64,000 nucleotides of DNA from Patagioenas fasciata (lineage: Eukaryota). The notes under the pieces were generated by a model that saw only the letters and a list, made by a program, of their open reading frames with translations, was not told where the DNA came from and searched no databases. The position numbers and the translations under genes are program-made. Location: positions 514,619-578,618 of the forward strand of contig NC_092556.1 in NCBI RefSeq assembly GCF_037038585.1. The letters run 5' to 3'. Positions 22,481 through 32,349 of this stretch are shown here, one piece after another (within the stretch, counting starts at the first letter, position 1; each line of letters starts with the position of its first letter).

Positions 22481-23162
22481 GTCCCGAAACCCCAGAAAAT
22501 CAGCCCAAAATGCACCCGCCCCGCACTCCTGGGTCCCCTGGGGCACTCCTGGGTCCCTTGGGGCACTCCTGGGTCCCCCCCGAACTCCTGGGTCCCTCCC
22601 CGAACTCCTGGGTCCCTCCCGAACTCCTGGGTCCCTCCCCGAACTCCTGGGTCCCTCCCGAACTCCTGGGTCCCTCAGAACTCCTGGGTCCCTTGGGGCA
22701 CTCCTGGGTCCCTCCCCGCACTCCTGGGTCCCTTGGGGCACTCCTGGGTCCCTCCCAAACTCCTGGGTCCCTCCCCGAACTCCTGGGTCCCTCCCCAAAC
22801 TCCTGGGTCCCTCCCGAACTCCTGGGTCCCTCCCCGAACTCCTGGGTCCCCCCCCGAACTCCTGGGTCCCCCCCGAACTCCTGGGTCCCTTGGGGCACTC
22901 CTGGGTCCCTCCCGAACTCCTGGGTCCCTCCCCGAACTCCTGGGTCCCTCCTGAACTCCTGGGTCCCTCCCGCACTCCTGGGTCCCTCCCGAACTCCTGG
23001 GTCCCCCCCGAACTCCTGGGTCCCCTGGGGCACTCCTGGGTCCCTCCCGAACTCCTGTGTCCCCCCCGAACTCCTGGGTCCCTCCCCGAACTCCTGGGTC
23101 CCTCCCGAACTCCTGGGTCCCTCCCGGACGCCTGGGTCCCTCACACCCCCTTTCCCCCCCAG

Positions 23163-23215
23163 TTATTTGCTGGACCGGTTGCTGCTCTATGAGAACGTGG
23201 ATGACGAGACCACAG
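23163..23215 (+). CDS. INO80E: INO80E exon 3
   Basis: Acceptor ccctttcccccccag|T. Encodes (S)YLLDRLLLYENVDDETT(G). Donor CACAG|gtaagg. Matches human SFLLDRLLQYENVDEDSS. Confidence 0.85.
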
Positions 23216-23835
23216 GTAAGGGGGAGGGGGGGCACTTATGGGGCTGGGGGGGGCACTTGGGGGTCACTATGGGGCAGCTATGGGGCACTTATGGGTCAGT
23301 TTGGGGTCACTATGGGGAAGTTGGGGTTCAACGTGGGGCACTGGGGGGGTCCCTATGGGGCAATTTGGGGTCGATTTCAGGCACTTATGGGGCTGGGGGG
23401 GACTTGGGGGTCGCTATGGGTCGCTATGGGGCAGTTATGGGTCAGTTTGGGGCCAATATGGGGAAGTTGGGGGTTAATATGGGGCACTGGGGGGGTCACT
23501 ATGAGGCAGCTATGGGTGGATTTCAGGCACTTATGGGGCTGGGGGGGACTTGGGGGTCGCTATGGGGCAGTTATGGGGCATTTTGGGGCCACTTGGGGGT
23601 CACTATGGGGAAGTGGGGGGGGTCGCTATGGGGCAATTTGGGGTCAATTTCAGGCACTTATGGGGCTGGGGGGCACTTGGGGTTCACTATGGGGCAGATA
23701 TGGGTCACTATGGGGCAGTTATGGGTCAATTGGGGGTCACCGTGGGGCAGTTGTGGGGCTGGGGAAGACACTTGTGGGTCGCTGTGGGTCACGGGGGGTT
23801 GGTCATTGGGTCCCCATTGGCTCCTCCCCCCATAG

Positions 23836-23902
23836 ATTCGGAGGCCACGGCGACGTCCGACAGCGACGGGGACGGGAACAAGGGCAGCGACGGCGGGAAG
23901 AG
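23836..23902 (+). CDS. INO80E: INO80E exon 4
   Basis: Acceptor ctcctccccccatag|AT. Encodes (D)SEATATSDSDGDGNKGSDGGK(R). Donor GAAGAG|gtgggg. Matches human DSDATASSDNSETEGTPK... Confidence 0.75.
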
Positions 23903-23904
23903 GT

Positions 23905-24600
23905 GGGGGCGGGGCCAAGATGGCCGCTGCCAGCATCCAAGATGGCTGCCGGGGGTGTGGGAGGGGTTCCAAGATGGCCGCCAGGGTTCAACATGGCCGC
24001 CCCCAGCATCCAATATGGCTGCCAAAGTCATGGGTGGGGTTCCAATATGGCCGCCAGCATCCAATATGGCCGCCCTCAGCATCCAATATGGCTGCCGGGG
24101 TGGTGGGTGGGGCTCCAATATGGCCACCCCCAACATCCAATATGGCCGCTGGGGTCATGGGAGGGGTTCCAAGATGGCCGCCATCATCCAATATGGCCGC
24201 CTTCAGTATCCAATATGGCCGCCAAGGTCATGGGCGGGGTTTCAAGATGGCTGCCAGAATCCAATATGGCCGTCTCTAGTATCCAATATGGCCGCCAGGG
24301 TCATGGGCCGGGTTTCAATATGGCTGCCATCATCCAATATGGCCGCCTTCAGTATCCAATATGGCCGCCAAGGTCATGGGCGGGGTTCCAATATGGCCGC
24401 CTCGAGTATCCAATATGGCCGCCAGAGTGGTGGGCGGGGCTCCAAGATGGCCGCCAGAATCCAATATGGCCGCCCTCAGTATCCAATATGGCTGCCGGGG
24501 TCATGGGCGGGGTTCCAATATGGCCACCAGAATCCAATATGGCCGCCCTCAGTATCCAATATGGCCGCCAGGGTGGTGGGCGTGGCTCCAAGATGGCCCC
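23905..24600. repeat. Tandem ~90-bp repeat carrying ~24 copies of a YY1-like motif CCAA(G/T)ATGGC(C/T)GCC, in INO80E intron 4
   Basis: Repeated strings include tccaagatggccgcc, tccaatatggccgcc and ttcaacatggccgcc. The YY1 core is AAnATGGCG, and this motif matches it in every position except the final base. Confidence 0.8.
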
Positions 24601-24633
24601 GCCCCCCCCGACCCCGCCCATTTCCCCCCACAG

Positions 24634-24691
24634 GAAGCGCAGCCCCTCCCCCCCCACATCTGCCTTCCAGGCCCCGCCCACTCCATATATG
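24634..24691 (+). CDS. INO80E: INO80E exon 5
   Basis: Acceptor ccatttccccccacag|G. Encodes (R)KRSPSPPTSAFQAPPTPYM. Donor TATATG|gtgagt. Matches human KRKRSPPLGGAPSPSSLSLPP... Confidence 0.75.
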
Positions 24692-25376
24692 GTGAGTGAT
24701 TGTGGCCCCACCCCCTTGTACCCCCCGACCAATTGCAGCTTGGGGGCGTGGCCTGGACCCCTTCCCCCTCCCATTTCCCATGCGGCTCCGCCCCCTTTAC
24801 CCCCAACCAATCCCAATGAGGGGGCGTGGCGTGGACCCCCTTCCCCCTCCCATTTCCCATGCGGCTCCGCCCCCTTTACCCCCAACCAATCCCAATGAGG
24901 GGGCGTGGCCTGCACCCCCTTCCCCCTCCCATTTCCCATGCGGCTCCGCCCCCTTTACCCCCAACCAATCCCAGCGAGGGGGCGTGGCCTGGACCCCCTT
25001 CCCCCTCCCATTTCCCATGCGGCTCCGCCCCCTTTACCCCCAACCAATCCCAGCAAGGGGGTGTGGCCTGCACCCCCTTCCCCCCCATTCCCCTGCAGCT
25101 CCGCCCCCTTTACCCCCCAACCAATCCCAGCAAGGGGGCGTGGCCTGGACCCTCTTCCCCCTCCCATTTCCCATGTGGCTCCGCCCCATTTACCCCCCAA
25201 CCAATCCCAGCAAGGGGGGTGTGGTCTGGACCCTCCCCATTCCCATGTGACTCCGCCCCCTTTACCCCCAACCAATCCCAGCTCAGGGGGGCGTGGTCTC
25301 CCCCCCACCCTCTCCATCCAATGGGAGCTGGGGGGCGTGTCCTCTGCTGACCCCACCCCCCCCATGCCCTTTCCAG

Positions 25377-25502
25377 GTGACCACGCCCCCCTTCAGCCCA
25401 TTGCCCAATGAGCTGCTGGCCCCGCCCGACGGGCCTCGCCCCCCCAGGCCCCGCCCCCCCGGCCCCGCCCGGCGCAGCCGAAGCTCCAACAGGCGCCTGC
25501 AG
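25377..25502 (+). CDS. INO80E: INO80E exon 6
   Basis: Acceptor ccatgccctttccag|GTG. Encodes VTTPPFSPLPNELLAPPDGPRPPRPRPPGPARRSRSSNRRLQ. Donor CTGCAG|gtccgg. Matches human ...[33 protein letters not shown]. Confidence 0.7.
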
Positions 25503-26554
25503 GTCCGGGGGGCGCTATGGGGCGCTATGGGGTGCTATGGGGCACTATGGGGTGCTATGGGGCGCTATGGGGCGCTATGGGGTGCTATGGGGCGCTATGG
25601 GGCGGTGTGGGGCACAGGGGGGCTGGGGTCCTCTATGGGGCCAGGGGGCACTTGGGGGGCTGGGGGGGGGGTCAATATGTGGGGTTGGGGGGGAGTTATG
25701 GGGCACTTGGGGGTCGATGTGTGGGGCTCGGGGGTCTGGGAGGGTCACTTGTGGGTCACTTATGGGTCAGTGTGTGGGTCTGGGGGGTCACTTATGGGTC
25801 TGGGAGGGTCACTTGTGGGTCACTTATGGGTCAATGTGTGGGTCGGGGGTCACTTATGGGTCTGGAGGGTCACTTATGGGTCACTTATGGGTCAACGTGT
25901 GGGTCTGGGGGGGGGGTCACTTATGGGTCTGGGAGGGTCACTTGTGGGTCACTTATGGGTCAATGTGTGGGTTTGTGGTCACTTATGGGTCTGGGAGGGT
26001 CACTTATGGGTCAACGTGTGGGTCTGGGGGGGTCACTTATGGGTCAATGTGTGGGTCCATGGGATCACTTATGGGTCTGGGAGGGTCAGTTATGGGTCTG
26101 AGAGGGTCACTTGTGGGTCAATGTGTGGGTCGGGGGTCACTTATGGGTCAAGGTGTGGGTCTGGGGGGTCTGGGAGGGTCACTTATGGGTCACTTATGGG
26201 TCAGTGTGTGGGTCGGGGGTCACTTATGGGTCTGGGAGGGTCACTTATGGGTCACTTATGGGTCAATGTGTGGGTCTGGGGTCACTTATGGGTCAATGTG
26301 TGGGTCTGGGGTCACTTATGGGTCAACGTGTGGGTCTGGGGGGGTCACTTGCGGGTGAATGTGTGGGTCGGGGATCACTTATGGGTCACCTATGGGTCGA
26401 CGTGTGGGTCTGGGGGGGTCACTTATGGGTCAATGTGTGGGTCTATGGTCACTTACGGGTCCCTTATGTCCCCCCAGCCCCCCCCCGCGCCCCCGTTCCC
26501 CCTCCCCCCGGCCCCTCCCCCGCTGCCCGGTGCCCTCCCCCGGCGGCTGCTGAG

Positions 26555-26644
26555 CCGAGGGGGGGGGAGGGGCCGGGGGGGGAGGGGAGCGGGGACGACG
26601 CCCTGGACGGGGACGACGAGCTGGTGATTGACATCCCCGAGTGA
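26555..26644 (+). CDS. INO80E: INO80E terminal coding segment (conserved C-terminus, stop TGA 26642-26644); 5' boundary ambiguous
   Basis: Encodes PRGGEGPGGEGSGDDALDGDDELVIDIPE*, matching the human C-terminus SGDDALDGDDDLVIDIPE. With acceptor gctgctgag|CCG (AG at 26553-26554) this segment is in frame with exon 6. The stronger acceptor cccttatgtccccccag| at 26476-26477 would instead start the exon at 26478, 2 nt out of frame with this C-terminus. Confidence 0.5.
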   Translation, partial: PRGGEGPGGEGSGDDALDGDDELVIDIPE

Positions 26645-26649
26645 CCTCT

Positions 26650-27310
26650 GACCTCTGACCCCGCCTGACCCCCGGAGTGGCGATGATTGACAGCCCGAGG
26701 GATCCCATGTGACTTCTGAGTGGCGATGATTGACAACCCAAGTGACCCCATGTGACCCCTGGGAGCCCACGTGACCCCAGAGCAAGGATGATTGACAGCC
26801 CAAGTGACCCCATGTGACCCCTGAGTGGCCATTGATTGACAACCCAAGTGACCCCATGTGACCCCTGGGAGCCCACGTGACCCCGGAGCAAGGATGATTG
26901 ACAGCCCAAGTGACCCCATGTGACCCCACGTGACCCCGGAGCAAGGATGATTGACAGCCCAAGTGACCCCATGTGACCCCACGTGACCCCGGAGCAAGGA
27001 TGATTGACAGCCCAAGTGACCCCATGTGACCCCACGTGACCCCGGAGCAAGGATGATTGACAACTGGAGTGACCCCATGTGACCCCTGGGACCTCACGTG
27101 ACCCCCGATTGGCCGTTGATTGACAACCCAAGTGACCCCTGGGACCTCATGACCCCATGTGACCCCGGAGTGGCGATGATTGACAGCCCAAGTGACCCCA
27201 TGTGACCCTGGAGCAAGAATGATTGACAACCCAAGTGACCCCATGTGACCCCCAAGTGGCCATTGATTGACAGCCCAAGTGACCCACGTGATTGATTGAC
27301 AACCCAAGTG
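26650..27310. repeat. ~55-60 bp tandem repeat (~11 units: gtgaccccatgtgacccc...ggagcaaggatgattgacagcccaa) inside the INO80E 3'UTR
   Basis: Each unit contains TGATTGACA(G/A). The array lies between the stop at 26644 and AATAAA at 27353. Confidence 0.8.
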
Positions 27311-27352
27311 ACCTTTGACCCCCCCCCGTGACCCCCAGGGACCCATTTGGGG

Positions 27353-27358
27353 AATAAA
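27353..27358 (+). promoter_or_regulatory. INO80E: INO80E polyadenylation signal AATAAA
   Basis: ggggAATAAAatcgacgttcag. It is the first AATAAA downstream of the INO80E stop codon, on the same strand. Confidence 0.65.
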
Positions 27359-27379
27359 ATCGACGTTCAGACCCCGCCC

Positions 27380-27770
27380 CCTTTTGACTCCGCCCCCTGA
27401 AGCCCCGCCCCCTTCAGACCCCACCCTTCGAGCCCCACCCCTTAGGCCACACCCCATTTAGACCCCACCCCCTTTAAGCTCCACCCCCCTTAGGCCCCAA
27501 CGCCTTTGGTCTCCACCCACTCCTGGCCCCGCCCCTTTAAGCCCCACCCCCGTAGGCCACGCCCCATTTAGACCCCTCCCTCTTTAAGCTCCACCCTTAG
27601 ACCCCTCCCCCTTTAAGCCCCACCCCCTCGGGCCACGCCCATGTAGGCCACACCCATTTAGACTCCACCCCCTTTAAGCCCCACCCCCTTAGGCCACGCC
27701 CCATTTAGACCCCACCCCCTTTAGACCCCCCCACCCCCCTTATCCCTCCATTTAGACCCCACCCCCTTGA
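27380..27770. repeat. ~20-bp GC-box-like tandem repeat (ccccgcccccttcagacc / ccccaccccctttaagctcc family, ~20 units) in the INO80E-MAZ convergent intergenic region
   Basis: Direct reading. Units alternate CCCCGCCCC (Sp1-type) and CCCCACCCC cores. Confidence 0.8.
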
Positions 27771-27830
27771 AGCCCCGCCCCCTCCAGGCCCCTCCCCCCC
27801 AGTGGGCGGAGCCTCGGGCGCCTCTTGCCT

Positions 27831-27836
27831 TTTATT
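27831..27836 (-). promoter_or_regulatory. MAZ: MAZ polyadenylation signal AATAAA (minus strand)
   Basis: Plus ttttattccc at 27830-27839 is gggAATAAAagg on the minus strand, ~150 nt downstream of the MAZ stop at 27987-27989. Confidence 0.6.
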
Positions 27837-27986
27837 CCCCCATTGATACAAAAGGCCCCTCCCCCCCATTCCCCCCCCCTCCACCGCCCGGGGGGCGGAG
27901 CCTCCACGGAAGCCCCGCCCCCTCCCGACCCCGCCCACCCCCCGCCGCCGTCCAAGCCCCGCCCCCCGCCCCCCGCCCCTCCCCCT

Positions 27987-28066
27987 TCACCAGGGCGCCC
28001 CCTCCAGGGGCAGCGCGGGCACAGCGGGGGAGGGGCCGCCCGGGGGCGCCAGGGGGCAGGAACCGC
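27987..28066 (-). CDS. MAZ: MAZ (MYC-associated zinc finger protein) terminal coding exon (includes stop)
   Basis: Acceptor tcccctcccctcccccctccccccccag|GC with a very long polypyrimidine tract. Phase-1 exon encodes (G)GSCPLAPPGGPSPAVPALPLEGAPW*. Human MAZ is ...ELCNK|GTGEVCPMAAAA...SQPLPSQPW*, so the CPLA versus CPMA match and the terminal PW* are both conserved. Confidence 0.6.
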
Positions 28067-28799
28067 CTGGGGGGGAGGGGGAGGGGAGGGGAGGGGAGGG
28101 GGGGTCACCGGGGGGCTGGGGGTGCCCCATGGATCCACCCCATAGATCCACAGATCCACCCCATGGATCCGACCCATAGATCCAGCCCATAGACCTGACC
28201 CATGGGTCTGACCCACGGATCTGACCCATAGATCCACCCCATAGATCCACCCCATAGATCCGACCCATAGATCCAGAGATCCACCCCATGGATCCGACCC
28301 ATAGATCCAGAGATCCACCCCATAGATCCACCCCATAGATCCACCCCATGGATCCACCCCATGGATCCACCCCATGGATCCAGAGATCCACCCCATAGAG
28401 CCGACCCATAGATCCATAGATCCACCCCATAGATCCACCCCATAGATCCACCCCATAGATCTGACCCATAGATCCAGCCCATAGACCTGACCCATGGGTC
28501 TGACCCACGGATCTGACCCATAGATCCATAGATCCACCCCACAGATCCAACCCATAGACCCATAGATCCACCCCATAGACCCATAGACCTGACCCACAGA
28601 TCCAACCCATAGATCCATAGATCCACCCCATAGATCCACCCCATAGATCCATAGATCCACCCCATAGATCCACCCCATAGACCCACAGATCCACCCCATA
28701 GATCCATAGATCCACCCTATAGATCCAACCCATAGACCTGACCCATAGATCTGACCCATAGATCTGGCCCATGGATCTGACCCATGGATCTGTGGGGCT

Positions 28800-31700
28800 G
28801 CCCCATAGATCTGACCCATAGATCCCACCCCACATCCCCACCTCCCCACCCATTTCCCACCCCAAATCGCCCCCAAATCCCCCCCATTTCTGCCCCAATC
28901 GCCCCCATTTTCGCACCCCACACCCCCCACATTGCGCCCCACACCCTGCCCCATAGATCCTGCCCCATAGACCCCACTTCATCACCCATTTCCCACCCAT
29001 TTCCCACCCCAAATCGCCCCCAAATCCCCCACATTTCTCCCCCAATCGCCCCCATTTTCGCACCGTGTGCCCCCCACCCCCTGCCCCATAGATTGTGCCC
29101 CATAGATCCCCACCTTCCCACCCATTTCCCACCCCAAATCGCCCCCAAAACCACCCCAAAATGGCCCCAAATCCCCCCCATTTCTCCCCCAATCTCCCCC
29201 ATTTTCGCACCCCACACCCCCCACATTGCGCCCCACATCCTGCCCCATAGATCCCGCCCCACATCCCGCCCCATAGATCCCACTTCATCACCCATTTCCC
29301 ACCCATTTCCCACCCCAAAACGCCCCCAAATCCCCCCCATTTCTCCCCCAATCGCCCCCATTTTCGCACCCCACACCCTGCCCCACATCCCGCCCCATAG
29401 ATCCCCACCTTCTCACCCATTTCCCACCCCAAATCGCCCCCAAATCGCCCCCAAATCCCCCCCATTTCTCCCCCAATCGCCCCCATTTTCACACCGTGTG
29501 CCCCCCACCCCCTGCCCCATAGATTGTGCCCCATAGATCCCCACCTCCCCACCCATTTCCCACCCCAAATCGCACCCAAAACCACCCCAAAGTGGCCCCA
29601 AATCCCCCCCATTTCTCCCCTGATCTCCCCCATTTTCGCACCCCACACCCCCCACATTGCACCCCACACCCAGCCCCATAGATCCTGCCCCATAGATCCC
29701 CACCTTCCCACCCATTTCCCACCCCAAAACGCCCCCAAATCCCCCCCATTTGTCCCCCAATCGCCCCCATTTTCACTCCAACTGCCCCATAGATCCCACC
29801 CCATAGCTCCCGCCCCATAGCTCCTGTCTGTGTCGTCGATCTCCTGCCCATTGCCCACCCCAAATCGACCCAAATGGCCCCAAATCCCCCCCATTTCTCC
29901 CCCGATCGCCCCCATTTTCGCACCCCACACCCCCCACATTGCGCCCCACACCCTGCCCCACATCCCACCCCATATCCTGCCCCATAGATCCCACTTCATC
30001 ACCCATTTCCCACCCCAAATCGCCCCCAAATCCCCCCCATTTCTCCCCCAATTGCCCCCATTTTCGCACCCCACACCCCCCACATTGTGCCCCACACCCT
30101 GCCCCACACCCTGCCCCATAGATCCCCACCTTCCCACCCATTTCCCACCCATTTCCCACCCCAAAACGCCCCCAAATCCCCCCCATTTCTGCCCCAATCT
30201 CCCCCATTTTCACACCATGTATCCCCCACATTGCGCCCCACACCCTGCCCCATAGATCCTGCCCCATAGATCCCACTTCATCACTCATTTCCCACCCCAA
30301 ATCGCACCCAAAACCACCCCAAAACGCCCCCAAATCCCCCCCATTTCTCCCCTGATCTCCCCCATTTTCGCACCCCACACCCCCCACATTGCGCCCCACA
30401 CCCTGCCCCATAGATCCCGCCCCACATCCCCACCTCCCCACCCATTTCCCACCCCAAATCGCCCCCAAATCCCCCCCATTTCTCCCCCAATCTCCCCCAT
30501 TTTTGCACCCCACACCCCCCACATTGCGCCCCACACCCTGCCCCACATCCCACCCCACATCCCGCCCCATAGACCCCACTTCATCACCCATTTCCCGCCC
30601 ATTTCCCACCCCAAATCGCCCCCAAATCGCCCCCATTTCTCCCCCAATCTCCCCCATTTTCACACCATGTGCCCCCCACATTGCGCCCCACACCCTGCCC
30701 CACATCCCACCCCACATCCCGCCCCATAGATCCCACTTCATCACCCATTTCCCACCCCAAATCTCGGCCGTTTCTGCCCTGATCGCCCCCATTTTTGCAC
30801 CGTGTGCCCCCCACATTGCGCCCCACATCCTGCCCCACATTGTACCCCATAGATCCCGCCCCACATCCCCACCTCCCCACCCATTTCCCACCCATTTCCC
30901 ACCCCAAAACGCCCCCAAATCCCCCCATTTCTCCCCCGATCGCCCCCATTTTCACACCATGTGCCCCCCACATTGCGCCCCACATTGTGCCCCATAGATC
31001 CCCACCTTCCCACCCATTTCCCACCCATTTCCCACCCCAAATCACCCCCAAAACGCCCCCAAATCCCCCCCATTTCTCCCCCGATCTCCCCCATTTTCAC
31101 ACCCCACACCCCTCACATTGCGCCCCACACCCTGCCCCACATCCCACCCCACATCCCGCCCCACAGATCCCACTTCATCACCCATTTCCCACCCCAAATC
31201 GCACCCAAAACCACCCCAAAATGGCCCCAAATCCCCCCCATTTCTCCCCCAATCGCCCCCATTTTCGCACCCCACACCCTGCCCCACATCTCTGCCCCAT
31301 AGATCCCCACCTCCCCACCCATTTCCCACCCCAAATCGCACCCAAAACCACCCCAAAATGGCCCCAAATCCCCCCCATTTCTCCCCCGATCTCCCCCATT
31401 TTCACTCCAACTGCCCCATAGCTCCTGCCCCATAGCTCCTGTCTGTGACGTCAATTTCCCGCCCATTTCCCACCCCAAATTGACCCAAATCGCCCCCAAA
31501 TCCCCCCCATTTCTCCCCCGATCTCCCCCATTTTCGCACCCCACACCCCCCACATTGCGCCCCACACCCTGCCCCACATCTCTGCCCCATAGATCCCCAC
31601 CTCCCCACCTATTTCCCACCCATTTCCCACCCCAAATCACACCCAAAACCACCCCAAAATGGCCCCAAATCCCCCCCATTTCTCCCCCAATCTCCCCCAT

Positions 31701-32160
31701 TTTCGCACCGTGTGCCCCCCACATTGTGACCCACATTGTGCCCCATAGATCCCCACCTTCCCACCCATTTCCCACCCCAAATCGCCCCCAAATCCCCCCC
31801 ATTTCTCCCCCGATCTCCCCCATTTTCGCACCCCACACCCCCCACCCCCTGCCCCATAGATTGTGCCCCATAGATCCCCACCTTCCCACCCATTTCCCAC
31901 CCATTTCCCACCCCAAATCGCACCCAAAACGCCCCCAAATCCCCCCCATTTCTCCCCCAATCGCCCCCATTTTCACTCCAACTGCCCCATAGATCCTGCC
32001 CCATAGCTCCTGTCTGTGATGTCGATCTCCTGCCCATTTCCCACCCATTTCCCACCCATTTCCCACCCCAAATCGCCCCCAAATCCCCCCCATTTCTCCC
32101 CCGATCTCCCCCATTTTCGCACCGTGCGCCCCCCACATTGCGCCCCACACATCGCCCCAC
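28800..32160. repeat. Higher-order tandem repeat (~150-bp unit: cccatttcccaccccaaatcgcccccaaatcccccccatttctcccccaatcgcccccattttcgcaccccacaccccccacattgcgccccacaccctgccccatagatcc), ~20 copies, in the large MAZ intron
   Basis: Direct reading. It is preceded at 28110-28800 by a ccccatagatccacc microsatellite. Confidence 0.85.
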
Positions 32161-32183
32161 ACATCCCGCCCCACAGATCCCAC

Positions 32184-32349
32184 CTTTGCTGCAGAGCTCG
32201 CAGTGGTGCGGGGCCGCGTGCCCCTTGACGTGGTCGCCGACGTAGGCGGCGCTGAGCAGTTTCCCGCACACGTGGCACGGGACCTTCTCCTCGTGCCGCA
32301 CGGCGTGGGCGCGCAGCCGGTCCTTGGTGGCGAACGCCGCCTCGCACGT
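32184..32349 (-). CDS. MAZ: MAZ zinc-finger exon (ZF5-ZF6 region)
   Basis: Acceptor ccccccatgtgcag|ACG. Encodes TCEAAFATKDRLRAHAVRHEEKVPCHVCGKLLSAAYVGDHVKGHAAPHHCELCSK(G). Donor CAAAG|gtggga. Matches human KCEAAFATKDRLRAHTVRHEEKVPCHVCGKMLSSAYISDHMKVHSQGPHHVCELCNKG. Confidence 0.85.

Noticed and set aside
20400-23160. Possible additional small exons of INO80E hidden in introns 1-2
   Set aside because: The identified exons already account for the conserved INO80E segments in order, namely the N-terminal coiled-coil, the YENVD motif, the acidic S/D stretch and the C-terminus. The intervening sequence is uninterrupted satellite.
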